A stretch of DNA of 64,000 nt from Burkholderiales bacterium (GCA_038326025.1 JBBQJP010000021.1:5440-69439); one strand, 5' to 3'. Positions 1-11,420 are shown, counted from the stretch's first letter. Notes: generated by a model not told the origin, from the letters alone. Translations and numbers: made by a program.

Positions 1-1102
1 CGCTGCTGACTGCCACCTTGCCGCGCACATAATCCAAAGTGAGCGCATGCTCTTCGGAAAGAGTATTCTCAACCCCGGGGTCGGCATCGACCAATGCTTT
101 TTTGGCGGTGCGATCATAGATCGGTCGGATATGCGATTTGCTGTTCACCACCGCCCACATCCCGCTGCGGTTGTCCAGCGTCAGGTCGACCACACCAAGA
201 TGGTCACCCCAGCGCCCCGGCATCACGGCCGCGACGCCATTGATCGTTCCGCGCGCGATATCGACCTTCGGGTATTGCTCGAACGCCTTGGACGGGAACT
301 CCGCATGCGAGTGACCAAACAGAATCACGTCGATGCCGTTGATCTGAGCCAGTCGTGACACCGCGTTCTCGGCAAACTTGCCGGTTTCACCGCGCTCGAA
401 TCCCGAGTGCGGAATCGCGACTACCAGTTGCGCGCCTTTGGCACGCATTTCCGGCACCAGTTCACTGGCCACCTCGACCATGTCACGCGTCACCACACGC
501 CCCTCGAGGTGGGTCTTGTCCCACTGCATGATCTGCGGCGGCACGAATCCGATCACACCAATCTTGATCGTGTGGGCCTGACCCTGTGCATCCTTGAACT
601 GGCGATCGAGCAGCAGATAGGGCGTAAAGGCATGGCGCTTGTTGGCGCCGTCCTTGTCATCCAGATATACGTTCGCATTGACGTAGGGGAAATTGGCGCT
701 GCCGATCGCCCGACGCAGGAAGGGCAGGCCGAAGTTGAACTCGTGGTTGCCGATGTTGCCAGCGTCGTAGGCCAGCGTATTCATGACCTTGTAGGCTGGA
801 TGCACCTGCCCATCCTTGAGCGGATGAACCTTGGCCACCAGTTCGCCCATCGGGCTGCCCTGGATCAGGTCCCCGTTGTCGAACAGCAGGCTGTTGGGAG
901 CCTCGGCACGCGCTGCCTTGATCAGCGCAATGGTGCGCGACAGCCCATATTGATCGGTCGGTTTGTCCTGGTAGTAGTCATAACTGAGCAGGTTCATGTG
1001 CAGATCGGTGGTCTCCAGGATGCGCAGCGACACCTCTGCTGCCATCGACCCCGACGCCAACAACAGACCCGCCAGCCATGTGACGAGAATTTTGCGAACC
1101 AT
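1..1102 (-). CDS. cpdB: bifunctional 2',3'-cyclic-nucleotide 2'-phosphodiesterase/3'-nucleotidase, N-terminal ~367 aa (rest of the gene lies beyond the window edge)
   Basis: Own translation of the minus strand from ATG at 1102-1100: MVRKILVTWLAGLLLASGSMAAEVSLRILETTDLHMNLLSYDYYQDKPTDQYGL...DNGDLIQGSP...GNHEFNFG. Signal peptide plus metallophosphoesterase motifs, collinear with E. coli CpdB. Absent from the ORF track because it runs off the edge. The + ORF 407..1138 is its antisense shadow. Confidence 0.85.
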   Translation of the reverse strand, partial: MVRKILVTWLAGLLLASGSMAAEVSLRILETTDLHMNLLSYDYYQDKPTDQYGLSRTIALIKAARAEAPNSLLFDNGDLIQGSPMGELVAKVHPLKDGQVHPAYKVMNTLAYDAGNIGNHEFNFGLPFLRRAIGSANFPYVNANVYLDDKDGANKRHAFTPYLLLDRQFKDAQGQAHTIKIGVIGFVPPQIMQWDKTHLEGRVVTRDMVEVASELVPEMRAKGAQLVVAIPHSGFERGETGKFAENAVSRLAQINGIDVILFGHSHAEFPSKAFEQYPKVDIARGTINGVAAVMPGRWGDHLGVVDLTLDNRSGMWAVVNSKSHIRPIYDRTAKKALVDADPGVENTLSEEHALTLDYVRGKVAVSS

Positions 1103-1150
1103 GATGCGCCCTCCGGTCTAGTTGACCGGAGGAATTAAAGCACGGCCCTG

Positions 1151-2344
1151 TTACTTGATCCAGAGCCGGATCGCATCCCAGGCACGTCCCATGATGCCAG
1201 CCTGCTGGACATCTTCCAACGCAACCAGCGGCAATTCGGCCACCATTTGCGCGCCGGCAGACACCTTCAGCGTAGCGACGTTCTGGCCTTTGGTGAACGG
1301 CGCCACCAGCGGATCGGGGCGAGCCACTTCGGTCTTGATGTCGGCCTTGCTGCCTGCCGGAACCGTGACAATCACCGCCTCGGTGCGACCGAGTTTGAGC
1401 GTGGGCGCGGTGCCCTTCCAGACGGCTGGCGACACGACTGCCTGATTGGCATCGAACAGCTTGACCGCCTCAAAGGCCGTGTACCCCCAGTTGATCAACT
1501 TCTGCGACTCATTGGCCCGTGCGTTTTCACTCGCCGCACCCAGCACGACGGACAACACACGACGTCCGCCGGTAGCAGCCGCACTGCCGGCCGCTGCGCC
1601 AGCCTGCACCAGATTCGGGAAGTCGCGCTTGGCCGTGACGATCATGCAGTAACCGGCCGCCTCGGTATAACCCGTCTTCAGGCCATCGACTGACGGGTCG
1701 CGGTACAACAGCAGGTTGCGGTTGTTTTCGTTGCTGGGCGGTGTGCCGGCATAGTGGTATTTCTTGATGGCATAGTAGCCGACGTACTCGGGGAAATCTG
1801 TCAGCAGGCGACCGGCCAAGATGGACAAATCACGCGCCGTGGTTGTGTGGCCGGACTCGGTCAGGCCTTCCGGATTGCGGTAACCCGTCGACTTCATACC
1901 CAGCGCCTTGGCCTGGTCGTTCATCAGCTTGACGAATTGCTCGACCGTTCCGCCGACACCTTCGGCCAGCGCCACGGTCGCGTCATTGCCCGACTGCACG
2001 ATCATGCCCTTGATCAGGTCCTCCACCGGAACCTGCATCTTGGGATCGATGAACATGCGCGAGCCTTCCATCTTCCAGGCGCGCACACTGACCGGCAAGG
2101 TTTGGCTCAGGCTGATTTTCTTGCTGCGCAGCGCATCAAACACCAGGTAAGCCGTCATCAGCTTGGTCAGCGAGGCCGGTTCCACGCTGGAGTCGGCATC
2201 TTTTTCGGCCAGCACCTGACCCGAGGTGATGTCGAGCAACAGATAAGAACGCGCGGCAATTTCTGGCGGCTGCGGCGCCTGGGCACCCACCGACAAGGAA
2301 AACACGAGGGCAACAATGGAGATCAGGTATTTCATCGGGTACAT
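1151..2344 (-). CDS. D-alanyl-D-alanine carboxypeptidase (low-MW PBP, PBP5/6 type)
   Basis: ORF 1151..2398. Start moved to ATG 2344 (MYPMKYLISIVALVFSLSVGAQA signal peptide). SxxK (SLTKLM), SGN (QSGND) and KTG (LKTGYT) motifs are present. Confidence 0.85.
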   Translation of the reverse strand: MYPMKYLISIVALVFSLSVGAQAPQPPEIAARSYLLLDITSGQVLAEKDADSSVEPASLTKLMTAYLVFDALRSKKISLSQTLPVSVRAWKMEGSRMFIDPKMQVPVEDLIKGMIVQSGNDATVALAEGVGGTVEQFVKLMNDQAKALGMKSTGYRNPEGLTESGHTTTARDLSILAGRLLTDFPEYVGYYAIKKYHYAGTPPSNENNRNLLLYRDPSVDGLKTGYTEAAGYCMIVTAKRDFPNLVQAGAAAGSAAATGGRRVLSVVLGAASENARANESQKLINWGYTAFEAVKLFDANQAVVSPAVWKGTAPTLKLGRTEAVIVTVPAGSKADIKTEVARPDPLVAPFTKGQNVATLKVSAGAQMVAELPLVALEDVQQAGIMGRAWDAIRLWIK

Positions 2345-2560
2345 GGATTTGGCGTCGCCGGTCTCCGGCTGCATCGGTGCAACTGAGGGGGTCAGCACAC
2401 GGGCAGCGGAACCGGCAATAAGGGTTCAAAGTCGCTGGGCGATCGCCGCCGCAGCGCGAAACCGCCCATTGTCCGTGAAAAATTGGACGGGCCCGGCGCG
2501 GCAACCGTAACAGCCTGATTTCGGTGCCGCTGCGGCAGCGGAATCACCAGGCCCGTTGGG

Positions 2561-2929
2561 TCAACGCCCCAGATGGGCCGGTGTCAGCAGACGCTGCACC
2601 ACCTTGCCGTTCTTGAGGTGGGATTCCACGATTTCGTCGATGTCATGGGCATCCACATAGGTGTACCAAACCGCCTCGGGGTACACCACGGCCACCGGAC
2701 CGGCCGCGCAACGGTCCAGGCAACCCGCCTTGTTTACCCGCACCAGGCCCGGCCCTGACAGCCCCTGCGCCTTGACCTGCTGCTTGCAGCGGTCGAATCC
2801 CGCTTGCGCCGCATGCTGGGCACAACATTCTTCGCCATTCTTGCGCTCATTCAGGCAAAAGAAGATATGCCGCTGGTAATAAGACGTTGGTACGATATCG
2901 GCAACACTGTCGGGGGAGCTTGAGTTCAT
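2561..2929 (-). CDS. thioredoxin-like (2Fe-2S) ferredoxin domain protein
   Basis: 122 aa. Cys pattern FFCLNERKNGEECC...KAGCLDRCAAGPVAVVYPE is typical of this family. 4-bp overlap with the upstream gene. Confidence 0.7.
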   Translation of the reverse strand: MNSSSPDSVADIVPTSYYQRHIFFCLNERKNGEECCAQHAAQAGFDRCKQQVKAQGLSGPGLVRVNKAGCLDRCAAGPVAVVYPEAVWYTYVDAHDIDEIVESHLKNGKVVQRLLTPAHLGR

Positions 2930-4065
2930 GGCCGGATTCTAGTTTTGGCATGCCCGAACCAGACTTGCTGCACCAGATAGACCACTGCCGCATAAGGCCA
3001 CAACCAGCCCAACCACTGCGCCAGTCCATGGAAACGGATGAAACGCCCTTGCTCCCAGGTCTGCAGCGTCTGCATTAGATAGGGGTCCTCCGGCGACTGG
3101 TTGAGCAGCCACAGGTACGCCGCCATGGCCAACAGGGCCAACGCCGCACCCACACGGTACTTGACCGGGGACAACACAACCGCCGCCACCAGCCCGAGGG
3201 CCAGCCCGACCTGCACCGGCATCTGCAACCAGTCCCATGCGTGTTCCGGGCCCCAAGTCAGGGTCGCAGTCAGGCTGGTCATGGCTACGCCCACCAGCAG
3301 GATGCCGACTGCAAACACGATGCGCCGCGGCGCCGGGCGCACGATGCAATTGGCCAGCAGGCAAGGAATAAGCAAGCCCAGCGCCACGCACAACATCTCG
3401 GAGAATGGCAACAGCGGCTGCATTTCGATCTCGCGCACGGGCAACCAAACCAGGAAAGGCGTATCGGCCAACACATCCGCCAACGTCGACTCGACCCGTT
3501 CCAGCACCTGCCCCAGCCCCAGTGGCAAGGCCGCCGGGAACAACAAGGCCAGCGGCCACAAGGCCAAAAGTACCAGTGCGCCACGGGCTTGCGCGACAAA
3601 CCAGCGCGCCCGCACACGGCTCCAGCGATCGATCGTGCCCAGGCGTTCAAGCAGGTACGCCAGCGACGCGCCGAGCCATCCGCCCAGTATGTTCGTTCCC
3701 AAGTCGACATTCGACGGAACACGCGATGGCAGATAAATCTGCAAAGTTTCCATGCAGATCGACAACACGCCGCAAACTACCGCCGCACGCGAGACGGCAT
3801 GGCGCCCGCGGCCGGTGCGCAGCGCGGTGAGCGCCAGAAAAAATCCGGCCGGCATGTAGCCGATGATGTTCGAGCCAATATCGAAACCGGTCCAGTAGCG
3901 CGGCCACGGTGCGACCAAAAAGACCCAGGGGCTGACACCCTGGTCGCGCCAATCGGAAAACGGGTACAGGCTGGCGTAGACGATCAGACCGACATAACTC
4001 AGCGCAAGGGGCCAGGCAGCGGTTTTTTGAATCAAAACGGTCTCAAAGTGTTGGAGCCAGAGCAA
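2926..4065 (-). CDS. VanZ-like polytopic membrane protein
   Basis: 379 aa, many hydrophobic spans. N-terminal LIVYASLYPFSDWR...ETLQIYLPSRVPSNVDLGTNILGGWLG resembles the VanZ family. Confidence 0.55.
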   Translation of the reverse strand: MLWLQHFETVLIQKTAAWPLALSYVGLIVYASLYPFSDWRDQGVSPWVFLVAPWPRYWTGFDIGSNIIGYMPAGFFLALTALRTGRGRHAVSRAAVVCGVLSICMETLQIYLPSRVPSNVDLGTNILGGWLGASLAYLLERLGTIDRWSRVRARWFVAQARGALVLLALWPLALLFPAALPLGLGQVLERVESTLADVLADTPFLVWLPVREIEMQPLLPFSEMLCVALGLLIPCLLANCIVRPAPRRIVFAVGILLVGVAMTSLTATLTWGPEHAWDWLQMPVQVGLALGLVAAVVLSPVKYRVGAALALLAMAAYLWLLNQSPEDPYLMQTLQTWEQGRFIRFHGLAQWLGWLWPYAAVVYLVQQVWFGHAKTRIRP

Positions 4066-4102
4066 AAATTGCTACGCAATTTTTGCTCTGGCACTCAAGG
4101 TC

Positions 4103-4543
4103 TCAAAAAGGCTTGACCACCACCAGAATCACCGCCGCCAGCAGCAATAGCACTGGAATTTCATTGAACCAGCGAAACCACACATGCCCGTGGTGCTCTG
4201 TGCCGGCCTTGAAGCGGCGCAGACGGTGGCCACAGACCTCCTGGTAGACGACGGCCAACGCGACGACGCACAACTTGGCGTACAACCATCCGCTGCCCGG
4301 CCCCTGGCCGAAGCCCGGCACACCCCACAACATGACCAGAAGCCAGATGCCCAGCAGCACCGCAGGCCAGGACAACATCGACGTGAACCGATACAACTTG
4401 GTCGCCATCAGCAGCAGGCGCTCCCGTTCTGCCGTGGACTTCCGATCCACCATCGCCAGGTTCACAAATATGCGCGGCAGATAGAACAAACCCGCGAACC
4501 AGCTCGCTACAAATACGATATGGAATGATTTGACCCAGAGCAT
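4103..4543 (-). CDS. hemJ: protoporphyrinogen IX oxidase HemJ (UPF0093/CopD-like)
   Basis: 146 aa, 4 predicted TM. MLWVKSFHIVFVASWFAGLFYLPRIFVNLA matches the HemJ family. Divergent from hemB. Confidence 0.75.
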   Translation of the reverse strand: MLWVKSFHIVFVASWFAGLFYLPRIFVNLAMVDRKSTAERERLLLMATKLYRFTSMLSWPAVLLGIWLLVMLWGVPGFGQGPGSGWLYAKLCVVALAVVYQEVCGHRLRRFKAGTEHHGHVWFRWFNEIPVLLLLAAVILVVVKPF

Positions 4544-4603
4544 GGGGCCAGTTTAGGGCATGGGTCGGCGTCGCCATCACCGAGGGAAAAGCCGCCACGC
4601 GGG

Positions 4604-4708
4604 GCAAAAAAACCCCCCAGCCTTGCGGGCTGGGGGGTTCAAGCCTTTTTTGCTGTCACACATCAAGGCCCCGCTCAGGGAGGAAAAGCGGGGAGCAGCG
4701 AACTGCCC
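4604..4708 (-). ncRNA. candidate ~105-nt sRNA or terminator-containing leader upstream of hemJ
   Basis: Minus-strand features are as follows. Possible sigma70 promoter: TTGAAA at 4743-4738, 17-nt spacer, TAGGTT at 4720-4715. Hairpin 4693-4669 with loop UUUUCCUCCCUGA. Strong intrinsic terminator: stem CCCCCCAGCC/GGCTGGGGGG at 4637-4613 followed by a run of 8 T. Confidence 0.3.
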
Positions 4709-4849
4709 AAACAGAACCTAGCAAAGAAGACGCCAGCTTTCAATAGTGATGTTACAAGTGTGTCGTTCTTGCGACAGATGTTGTCTTGGTAGGATCGTTC
4801 CTGTTCACCTTGTTGTCGCCAACGGAACCAACTTGCGCCCGGTTATTGA

Positions 4850-5881
<1,032 letters not shown>

Positions 5882-5971
5882 TTGGGTCGCGTCGCGACAA
5901 GGATCCTGTAACAACAGGTGGCAGTTCCGCCTGAGCGCAGAGCGACCGGCATCCAGCCGGCCGCAAACCGC

Positions 5972-7042
5972 TCAAGGCCGGGTCTGCAATACGTCGCCGA
6001 CGAACTGCACCTTGGTGCCAACAGCGACGCCCGGGTCGTTGTCGTAACTCACCGTGCGGCTGCTGCCGTTGTCGAGCCGCACGACGACATCGAAACGGTT
6101 GCCGGACTTCACGTTTTTCTCGATCTCGCGCCCCGCCACGGCGCCGCCGACCGCGCCCAGGACGGTGGCAGCGGACTTGCCGTCACCCTTGCCCACCTGG
6201 TTGCCCAGCGCCGCGCCAGCGACACCACCGGCGATAGCGCCGATGTAATTGGTCTTACCCTTGACCTTGACCTTGTTGACCGACGCAACCACGCCACAAG
6301 TTTCACAGGCTGGCACCGCCACCGCTGCCACAGGGGTTGGTGCCGTGGGTGCGCTGGCGCCAGGCGCCAGATTCTTTGCCACCCGAACGGTCTTGTCGGC
6401 CAATGTCAGCGTCACCACCGCAGGGGTCGTGGCGGAGAACTGGTCACGCGTCTTGACCGTGTAGCGCCCGCTATAACGGCCACTGCTTTCTTCCGCCAAC
6501 GCAAAACTGGAGGCACCGGCATCGAGTGTTACCACCATGCTGCCACCGGGCGTTGCATTGACGATGAAGCTGAGCTCATGGCCGCCGGTAAATCCGCCGG
6601 TATTACGTGTCTCGATGCGGCTGATCTGCGGCGCCGGGGGCGTTGCTGCCGCCAACAACTTGCCATGCTCTGCATCCGTCAACAGATGCTGGCCGAGTTG
6701 CGTTGATACCTGTTGCGAGCCGACTTTCAAGGTGGCCTTGACCTTGGCGTCGAACGGGATCTTGTCGCGAATGCTGATCGTATAGGCGCCGGCGTAGCTG
6801 CCCTGGCTGATCTCGGACAGCCCTAGCTGGGCGGACAGCCCATCAATATCGAGCACCAATTGACCACCCGCGGTTCCGGCCGCCCGGAAGATCAGCTCGG
6901 TACCCGGCGAGAGTCTGGGCACCTGCTCCACCGACAGGCTGCGGATCACCGGCACAACGGTCTGCGCCAAGGCTCCCGCCGCGGGCAAGAAGCCGGCAAG
7001 AAGAACGATCCAGAAGGTTCCGGAAAAACGTCGAAGATTCAT
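5972..7042 (-). CDS. secreted/outer-membrane protein with C-terminal glycine-zipper 2TM domain
   Basis: 356 aa with signal peptide MNLRRFSGTFWIVLLAGFLPAAGALAQ. C-terminal GAIAGGVAGAALGNQVGKGDGKSAATVLGAVGGAVAGREI is glycine-zipper (17-kDa antigen-like). Confidence 0.6.
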   Translation of the reverse strand: MNLRRFSGTFWIVLLAGFLPAAGALAQTVVPVIRSLSVEQVPRLSPGTELIFRAAGTAGGQLVLDIDGLSAQLGLSEISQGSYAGAYTISIRDKIPFDAKVKATLKVGSQQVSTQLGQHLLTDAEHGKLLAAATPPAPQISRIETRNTGGFTGGHELSFIVNATPGGSMVVTLDAGASSFALAEESSGRYSGRYTVKTRDQFSATTPAVVTLTLADKTVRVAKNLAPGASAPTAPTPVAAVAVPACETCGVVASVNKVKVKGKTNYIGAIAGGVAGAALGNQVGKGDGKSAATVLGAVGGAVAGREIEKNVKSGNRFDVVVRLDNGSSRTVSYDNDPGVAVGTKVQFVGDVLQTRP

Positions 7043-7228
7043 GTGTGTACCCCCTGTCAGACAACACCGTCTGCCAGAATATTATCGCGCCCGGCATGCG
7101 CGCAACGGTATCCGTCGCGCGGCCCGGCCAATGCCGCGGCCAGGGTCTGCGCAGTGAAGCAAGGCAGAATTGCATTCGGCGCGTGTCCGGATGTCGGCAC
7201 GCCCATTGCAAATAGGGTGGGAGACGGC

Positions 7229-8329
7229 ATGCGCATTTTTCAGATCGGTCCAACAGGGATTCAGGAGTCCGATCAATGGCCTGCGCAGATTGCCGGCAAT
7301 AACACCCTGTGGATATCCTGCAGCCGGGCCGAATTCGAGCTTGAACACCTGTCGATACAAGCCCGGCTGCTGGCCCTGTGCGGTGTCCAACTGGTTGACC
7401 TGCATGTCAGCGACCTGCTCAACGCACAATTGCCCTCACGCTACGACTACACCGCGCAATACGACCTGCTGGTGTTCCGGCGCTTGACGACGGCCGGTGA
7501 AGGCGTAAAGGCAAACGGCGACGCAACCCTCCCGGCGCGCCGCTCCGGCCCGCCGATCCTGCGTCGCATCGACACCAGCCCGGTGGGATTCGCCCTCTTC
7601 GACAACCTGCTGCTCAGCGTGCATCCGGACGACTGCGCAGTACGCGACGCGTATGCCGCGCGTCTGCTGGCCAACGCCACCGACACCTTGCGCGACAACG
7701 GCTCGCGCCTTCCCACCAGCGCCGCCGACCTGATGCTGCGCCTCGTGAGCCAGATCGTCGACCGCTACCTCGACATGCGACGGGAGCTGACGCGTCAGCT
7801 CGACCACTGGCAGGCAGAGTTGCTGGCGCCGAACGCGCGCTTCACCAACTGGAGTGCCTTGCTCGACGCGCGCCTGGCCTTGCATGCGCTGGACGATGTG
7901 GCCGAGGATCAGCGCACCGCGATTCAGGACTGGACGGCTGCGCTGGAAACCTGGCAACCTGCCAGCGACAGCGCAGCCCAGCGTGAACTCGAACTGCTCA
8001 AGGTGCGCAGCCGCGACCTGCTCGAACACATCGAGCGCGTGGTGCGCCATGTGCGCCGCCTCGAGCAGAACGCCGAGACCACGGTGCAGATGCATTTCAG
8101 TGCGCAGGGTCACCGCACCAACGAGATCATGCGCACGCTGACCGTGCTCACCGCGGTGTTTCTGCCGCTGAACCTGATTACCGGCTTCTTCGGCATGAAC
8201 TTCGATTTTTTGCCGCTGGTGCATCGCCAGGCCGGCATCTGGTGGGCCGTAGGCATCATGTCGCTGATGGCCGCCGGACTGGTGATCGTGTTCTGGCGCA
8301 AACGTTACCTGGCGCGCACCGCGCGCTGA
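7229..8329 (+). CDS. CorA-family divalent cation transporter
   Basis: ORF 6860..8329. Start moved to in-frame ATG 7229 (MRIFQIG). C-terminal FLPLNLITGFFGMNFDFLP carries the GMN signature followed by two TM helices. Confidence 0.8.
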   Translation: MRIFQIGPTGIQESDQWPAQIAGNNTLWISCSRAEFELEHLSIQARLLALCGVQLVDLHVSDLLNAQLPSRYDYTAQYDLLVFRRLTTAGEGVKANGDATLPARRSGPPILRRIDTSPVGFALFDNLLLSVHPDDCAVRDAYAARLLANATDTLRDNGSRLPTSAADLMLRLVSQIVDRYLDMRRELTRQLDHWQAELLAPNARFTNWSALLDARLALHALDDVAEDQRTAIQDWTAALETWQPASDSAAQRELELLKVRSRDLLEHIERVVRHVRRLEQNAETTVQMHFSAQGHRTNEIMRTLTVLTAVFLPLNLITGFFGMNFDFLPLVHRQAGIWWAVGIMSLMAAGLVIVFWRKRYLARTAR

Positions 8330-8357
8330 GCACCCGTTTCAGGTGCGCGGCGCCGTG

Positions 8358-9008
8358 TCAGATGTCGGTCAGCAGCAACCGCTCAGTGGCGAACACCCGT
8401 TGCACCGCGGGCCGCTCCAGCACGCGTCTCATATGCGGGCCCAGATGGTGCCGTTCGCGTGCCGGCGCGGCGGAAAAATTGCGCGTCCAGCGACACAACA
8501 TCAGGCAATAAGCGTCAATGATGGCGTAGTCGCTGCCCAGCAACCACGGTCCACCGTGGCGGGCCAGTTCTGCGTCGAGCTGATCGAGCAACACACCTAC
8601 CCGTTCCTGTGCATGGGCCTTGAGTTCGGCTGCGCCATCGACGTTGCCCGGGTTCATCCAGCGTTCGGGATAGAAATAGGTCAGCAGGGCGCTTTGCAAG
8701 GTGTTGGTCTGCCAGATCAGCCACTTGCAGGCATGCGCCCGCTGCGCGGTGCCCAGCGCCGGCATCAGTCCGGCCGATGGCGCGGTGTCACTCAGGTGCA
8801 GGCAGATCGCCGCCGACTCGTACAACACCAGATCGCCGTCGACAAATACCGGAATCAGCCCATTCGGGTTGAGCTTGAGGTACTGCGGCGATTTGTGCGC
8901 ACTACCTGCTCGATCCACCAGCACCAGTTCGAACGGCTGGCCGATCTCTTCGAGAGCGATATGAACCGCCATGCTGGCGTTCCCCGGAAAATAATGCAGC
9001 TGACGCAT
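8358..9008 (-). CDS. glutathione S-transferase
   Basis: 216 aa. N-terminal thioredoxin-like GST domain (LHYFPGNASMAVHIALEE...NPNGLIPVFVDGDLVLYESAAICLHL). Confidence 0.85.
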   Translation of the reverse strand: MRQLHYFPGNASMAVHIALEEIGQPFELVLVDRAGSAHKSPQYLKLNPNGLIPVFVDGDLVLYESAAICLHLSDTAPSAGLMPALGTAQRAHACKWLIWQTNTLQSALLTYFYPERWMNPGNVDGAAELKAHAQERVGVLLDQLDAELARHGGPWLLGSDYAIIDAYCLMLCRWTRNFSAAPARERHHLGPHMRRVLERPAVQRVFATERLLLTDI

Positions 9009-9117
9009 GAAAGAGGCTCCTCAAGGACACACGGCCGTGGCGCCGGACAATACAACCACCGATTCACAACAACAGCAGGCACCGTGAACCGGTATTCGTA
9101 CCGCCGCCCCGCCCGGA

Positions 9118-10068
9118 TCAGGGCAAACCGAAAATCGCGGCGGCATTACCCCACGCAATGCCACGCGCCACGTCGGGCGGCAAACCGCCAAGCCAGGTCC
9201 GGTAGCCCTGCATCAGATCGTCATAACTGCTCCAGCGCTGGTTGACCCAGGTGTCAGAGCCGATCAGGAAACGCTGCGGGTACTTCAGCATCAGGGCACG
9301 CCATTCGGCGCACAACTGACCCTGGCCACAGGTCAGACCGGGACGGTAGGACAACTCCCCCATCAACTGCGGATAACGCTGCATCAACGCGTCGACCCGC
9401 TCCGGCGGCGGCCCGCCAATGCCGGTATGGGCCCAGATCAGGCGCAGATTGCGCCCGCCGTCGGACGCATGCGCCATCAGCAGGTCGATCGCCACATCGT
9501 CGACATGGGCCAGCACCACCAGCTTGTTCTGGTCGGCAAAGCGCATCAGCTTGGCTGCCACCGGTCCGTTTGCGTTGGCGCTGTCATACAAATGGAATTC
9601 GCCAATGCCCCGGTAAGGCCCGCTGGCCGTGCCACGTGCCATTTCCGTCTGCACCATGGTGTAGATGCTCTCGTCGCGGAACCAGTTGTCGTAGTCTGCC
9701 CGGTCGCGATAAAGCCGGATGAACGGAACCACCGTCAGCTCGGCCGCCGCGCGCTGCAGCGTCTCGCCTGACGCACCACTGCGCAGCGCCGCCAGCGTAC
9801 GCGAGCCGTCGTTCGGCCGCGAATTGGCCAGCACGGCCTTGACACCGTTGCGCGCAAACCGCGCCAGCACATCGGCCGGCGGATGCGGACCGGTGCTGCC
9901 GTTCCAGGCCTCGACGTTGTAGTGCATGTGGGCGTCGAACAGCGGACCCGCATAAGCCTGCGCCGACGCTGCGATCGGCATGCAGGCGGCGGCCGTCCCG
10001 AGGGTCAGCCTGATCAAGCCCGCGCGCAGCGGCTGCGTCCACAAGCGCAATGTTGTTCTCATGGTCAT
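9118..10068 (-). CDS. amidohydrolase-family (TIM-barrel metal-dependent hydrolase) protein, secreted
   Basis: ORF 9118..10188. Start moved to ATG 10068 ([10 protein letters not shown]...AASAQA signal). LFDAHMHYN metal-binding motif. Confidence 0.65.
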   Translation of the reverse strand: MTMRTTLRLWTQPLRAGLIRLTLGTAAACMPIAASAQAYAGPLFDAHMHYNVEAWNGSTGPHPPADVLARFARNGVKAVLANSRPNDGSRTLAALRSGASGETLQRAAAELTVVPFIRLYRDRADYDNWFRDESIYTMVQTEMARGTASGPYRGIGEFHLYDSANANGPVAAKLMRFADQNKLVVLAHVDDVAIDLLMAHASDGGRNLRLIWAHTGIGGPPPERVDALMQRYPQLMGELSYRPGLTCGQGQLCAEWRALMLKYPQRFLIGSDTWVNQRWSSYDDLMQGYRTWLGGLPPDVARGIAWGNAAAIFGLP

Positions 10069-10078
10069 GTAATCGCCG

Positions 10079-10768
10079 TCAAGCCAGGTGCCGCGCCAGG
10101 AAACCCAGCGTGCGCTCGCGCGCCAAAGCGGCAGAGGCCGCGTCAAAGGCGCCGCGCTGATCGCAATTGAAACCATGTTGTGCGTCATAGGTGTGAATCT
10201 CTACGTCTGGCTGCGCCTGCGCAAATACCTTCACCCCGTCCATCGGGATGGCATGGTCCTGTTCGCCGAAGTGGCACATGACAGGGCACAGGCTCTCGCG
10301 CTGCGCCTCGGCCGGCGCCGTCATGCCGCCGCCATAGTAGGCGATCGCCGCACTAAGGCCCGGCAAGGTGCAGGCACTGCGCCAGACCAGCAGGCCGCCC
10401 CAGCAATAACCGACCACGGCCACCTTGCCGCCGCCCTCACCGGCGGCGAATGCGATCGCCGCTGCGATGTCGGCCATCACGCCTGGCGCGGGCAAGGCCT
10501 CGGCTGCGGCCTTCAGCTCGCGGCCTTGTGCAACATCTTTCGCGGTGTATCCCAGCTCCACGTCCGGCGACACACGGTGAAAGGCGTGCGGCGCTATCGC
10601 CAGATAACCCTGCTCGGCGAATCCGTCGGCCACGCTGCGGATATGGCTGTTGACGCCAAAAATTTCCTGCAATACGACCACGGCACCCCGCACCTTGCCT
10701 GCGGGTCGCGCGACGTAGGCCGGGCAAGTGGACCCGTCCTGCACCTTGAGTTGAACCGTCTGCGACAT
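10079..10768 (-). CDS. dienelactone hydrolase family protein
   Basis: ORF 10079..11047. Start moved to ATG 10768 preceded by [19 protein letters not shown]...VGYCWGG nucleophile elbow. Confidence 0.85.
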   Translation of the reverse strand: MSQTVQLKVQDGSTCPAYVARPAGKVRGAVVVLQEIFGVNSHIRSVADGFAEQGYLAIAPHAFHRVSPDVELGYTAKDVAQGRELKAAAEALPAPGVMADIAAAIAFAAGEGGGKVAVVGYCWGGLLVWRSACTLPGLSAAIAYYGGGMTAPAEAQRESLCPVMCHFGEQDHAIPMDGVKVFAQAQPDVEIHTYDAQHGFNCDQRGAFDAASAALARERTLGFLARHLA

Positions 10769-10817
10769 CGCATCCTCCCTGTCTTGTATTGAGCGGCCAC
10801 CACGGGGCGCCGGCATG

Positions 10818-11420
10818 TCAGTCGCGAGCGAGTCGACGCTGCAAGAAGTCGAGCCGGTCCTGGCCCCAGAAGATTTCGCCGTCAACACAATAACTCGGCG
10901 CGCCGAACACGCCGCCATCGATCGCCGACTGGGTGTATTCGTCATACCGTGCCTGCGCCGCCGGTTCGCGCGACTGGGCCAGGCGCTTGGCCGCGAGTCC
11001 GTTTTCCTGCAGCAAAGTCGCCAGCACCGTGGTGTCGGCGATGTCACGCTGTTCGGCCCAAACCGCAGACATTACGGCGCCGGTCAGACGCAACGCCGCC
11101 GCAGCGCCATCGGCCAGGTCCACCGCGATGATCAGTCGGGATGCATCGTCACCCGACACCGGGAAGTACTTGGGCTGCACATGCATGGGCAAGCCAAGAT
11201 GATCAGCAAAGCGGCGCAACTCCAGCAGCCTGTAGGCCTGGCGCTGCGGCGCGCGTTTACCCAGTGGCAGGCCACCGGACACGGCAAACACCTTGCCAAA
11301 ATCTGCCGGCCGCACACGCACCGCACAACCCGTCTGCGCGGCAATGGCGGCAAAACGCGCGTGGCCCAGATAGGCCCACGGGCTTGGCGCCGAAAAGTAG
11401 TAATCAATTTCGGTCTTCAA
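10818..11420 (-). CDS. 2-hydroxychromene-2-carboxylate isomerase / DsbA-like thioredoxin-fold protein
   Basis: ORF 10818..11513. Likely TTG start at 11420 six nt after GGAGG (KTEIDYYFSAPSPWAYLG is the typical family N-terminus). Confidence 0.7.
   Translation of the reverse strand: MKTEIDYYFSAPSPWAYLGHARFAAIAAQTGCAVRVRPADFGKVFAVSGGLPLGKRAPQRQAYRLLELRRFADHLGLPMHVQPKYFPVSGDDASRLIIAVDLADGAAAALRLTGAVMSAVWAEQRDIADTTVLATLLQENGLAAKRLAQSREPAAQARYDEYTQSAIDGGVFGAPSYCVDGEIFWGQDRLDFLQRRLARD

Noticed and set aside
407-1138. Long ORFs on the strand opposite to, or in alternate frames of, well-supported genes. Examples: 407..1138+, 1754..2386+, 4805..5914-, 5918..6706+, 7436..8224-, 8343..9245+, 14244..15500+, 17344..18156+, 18641..20449+, 20593..21492+, 25687..27222+, 29058..29852-, 32327..33286-, 42762..43595-, 44145..45710-, 46781..48997+, 47781..49106-, 50713..51594+, 53270..54556+, 58755..59714-.
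   Set aside because: These are typical high-GC shadow ORFs. Their products are Arg/Ala/Gly/Pro-rich with no motifs, and each fully overlaps a gene with clear family signatures on the other strand or frame.
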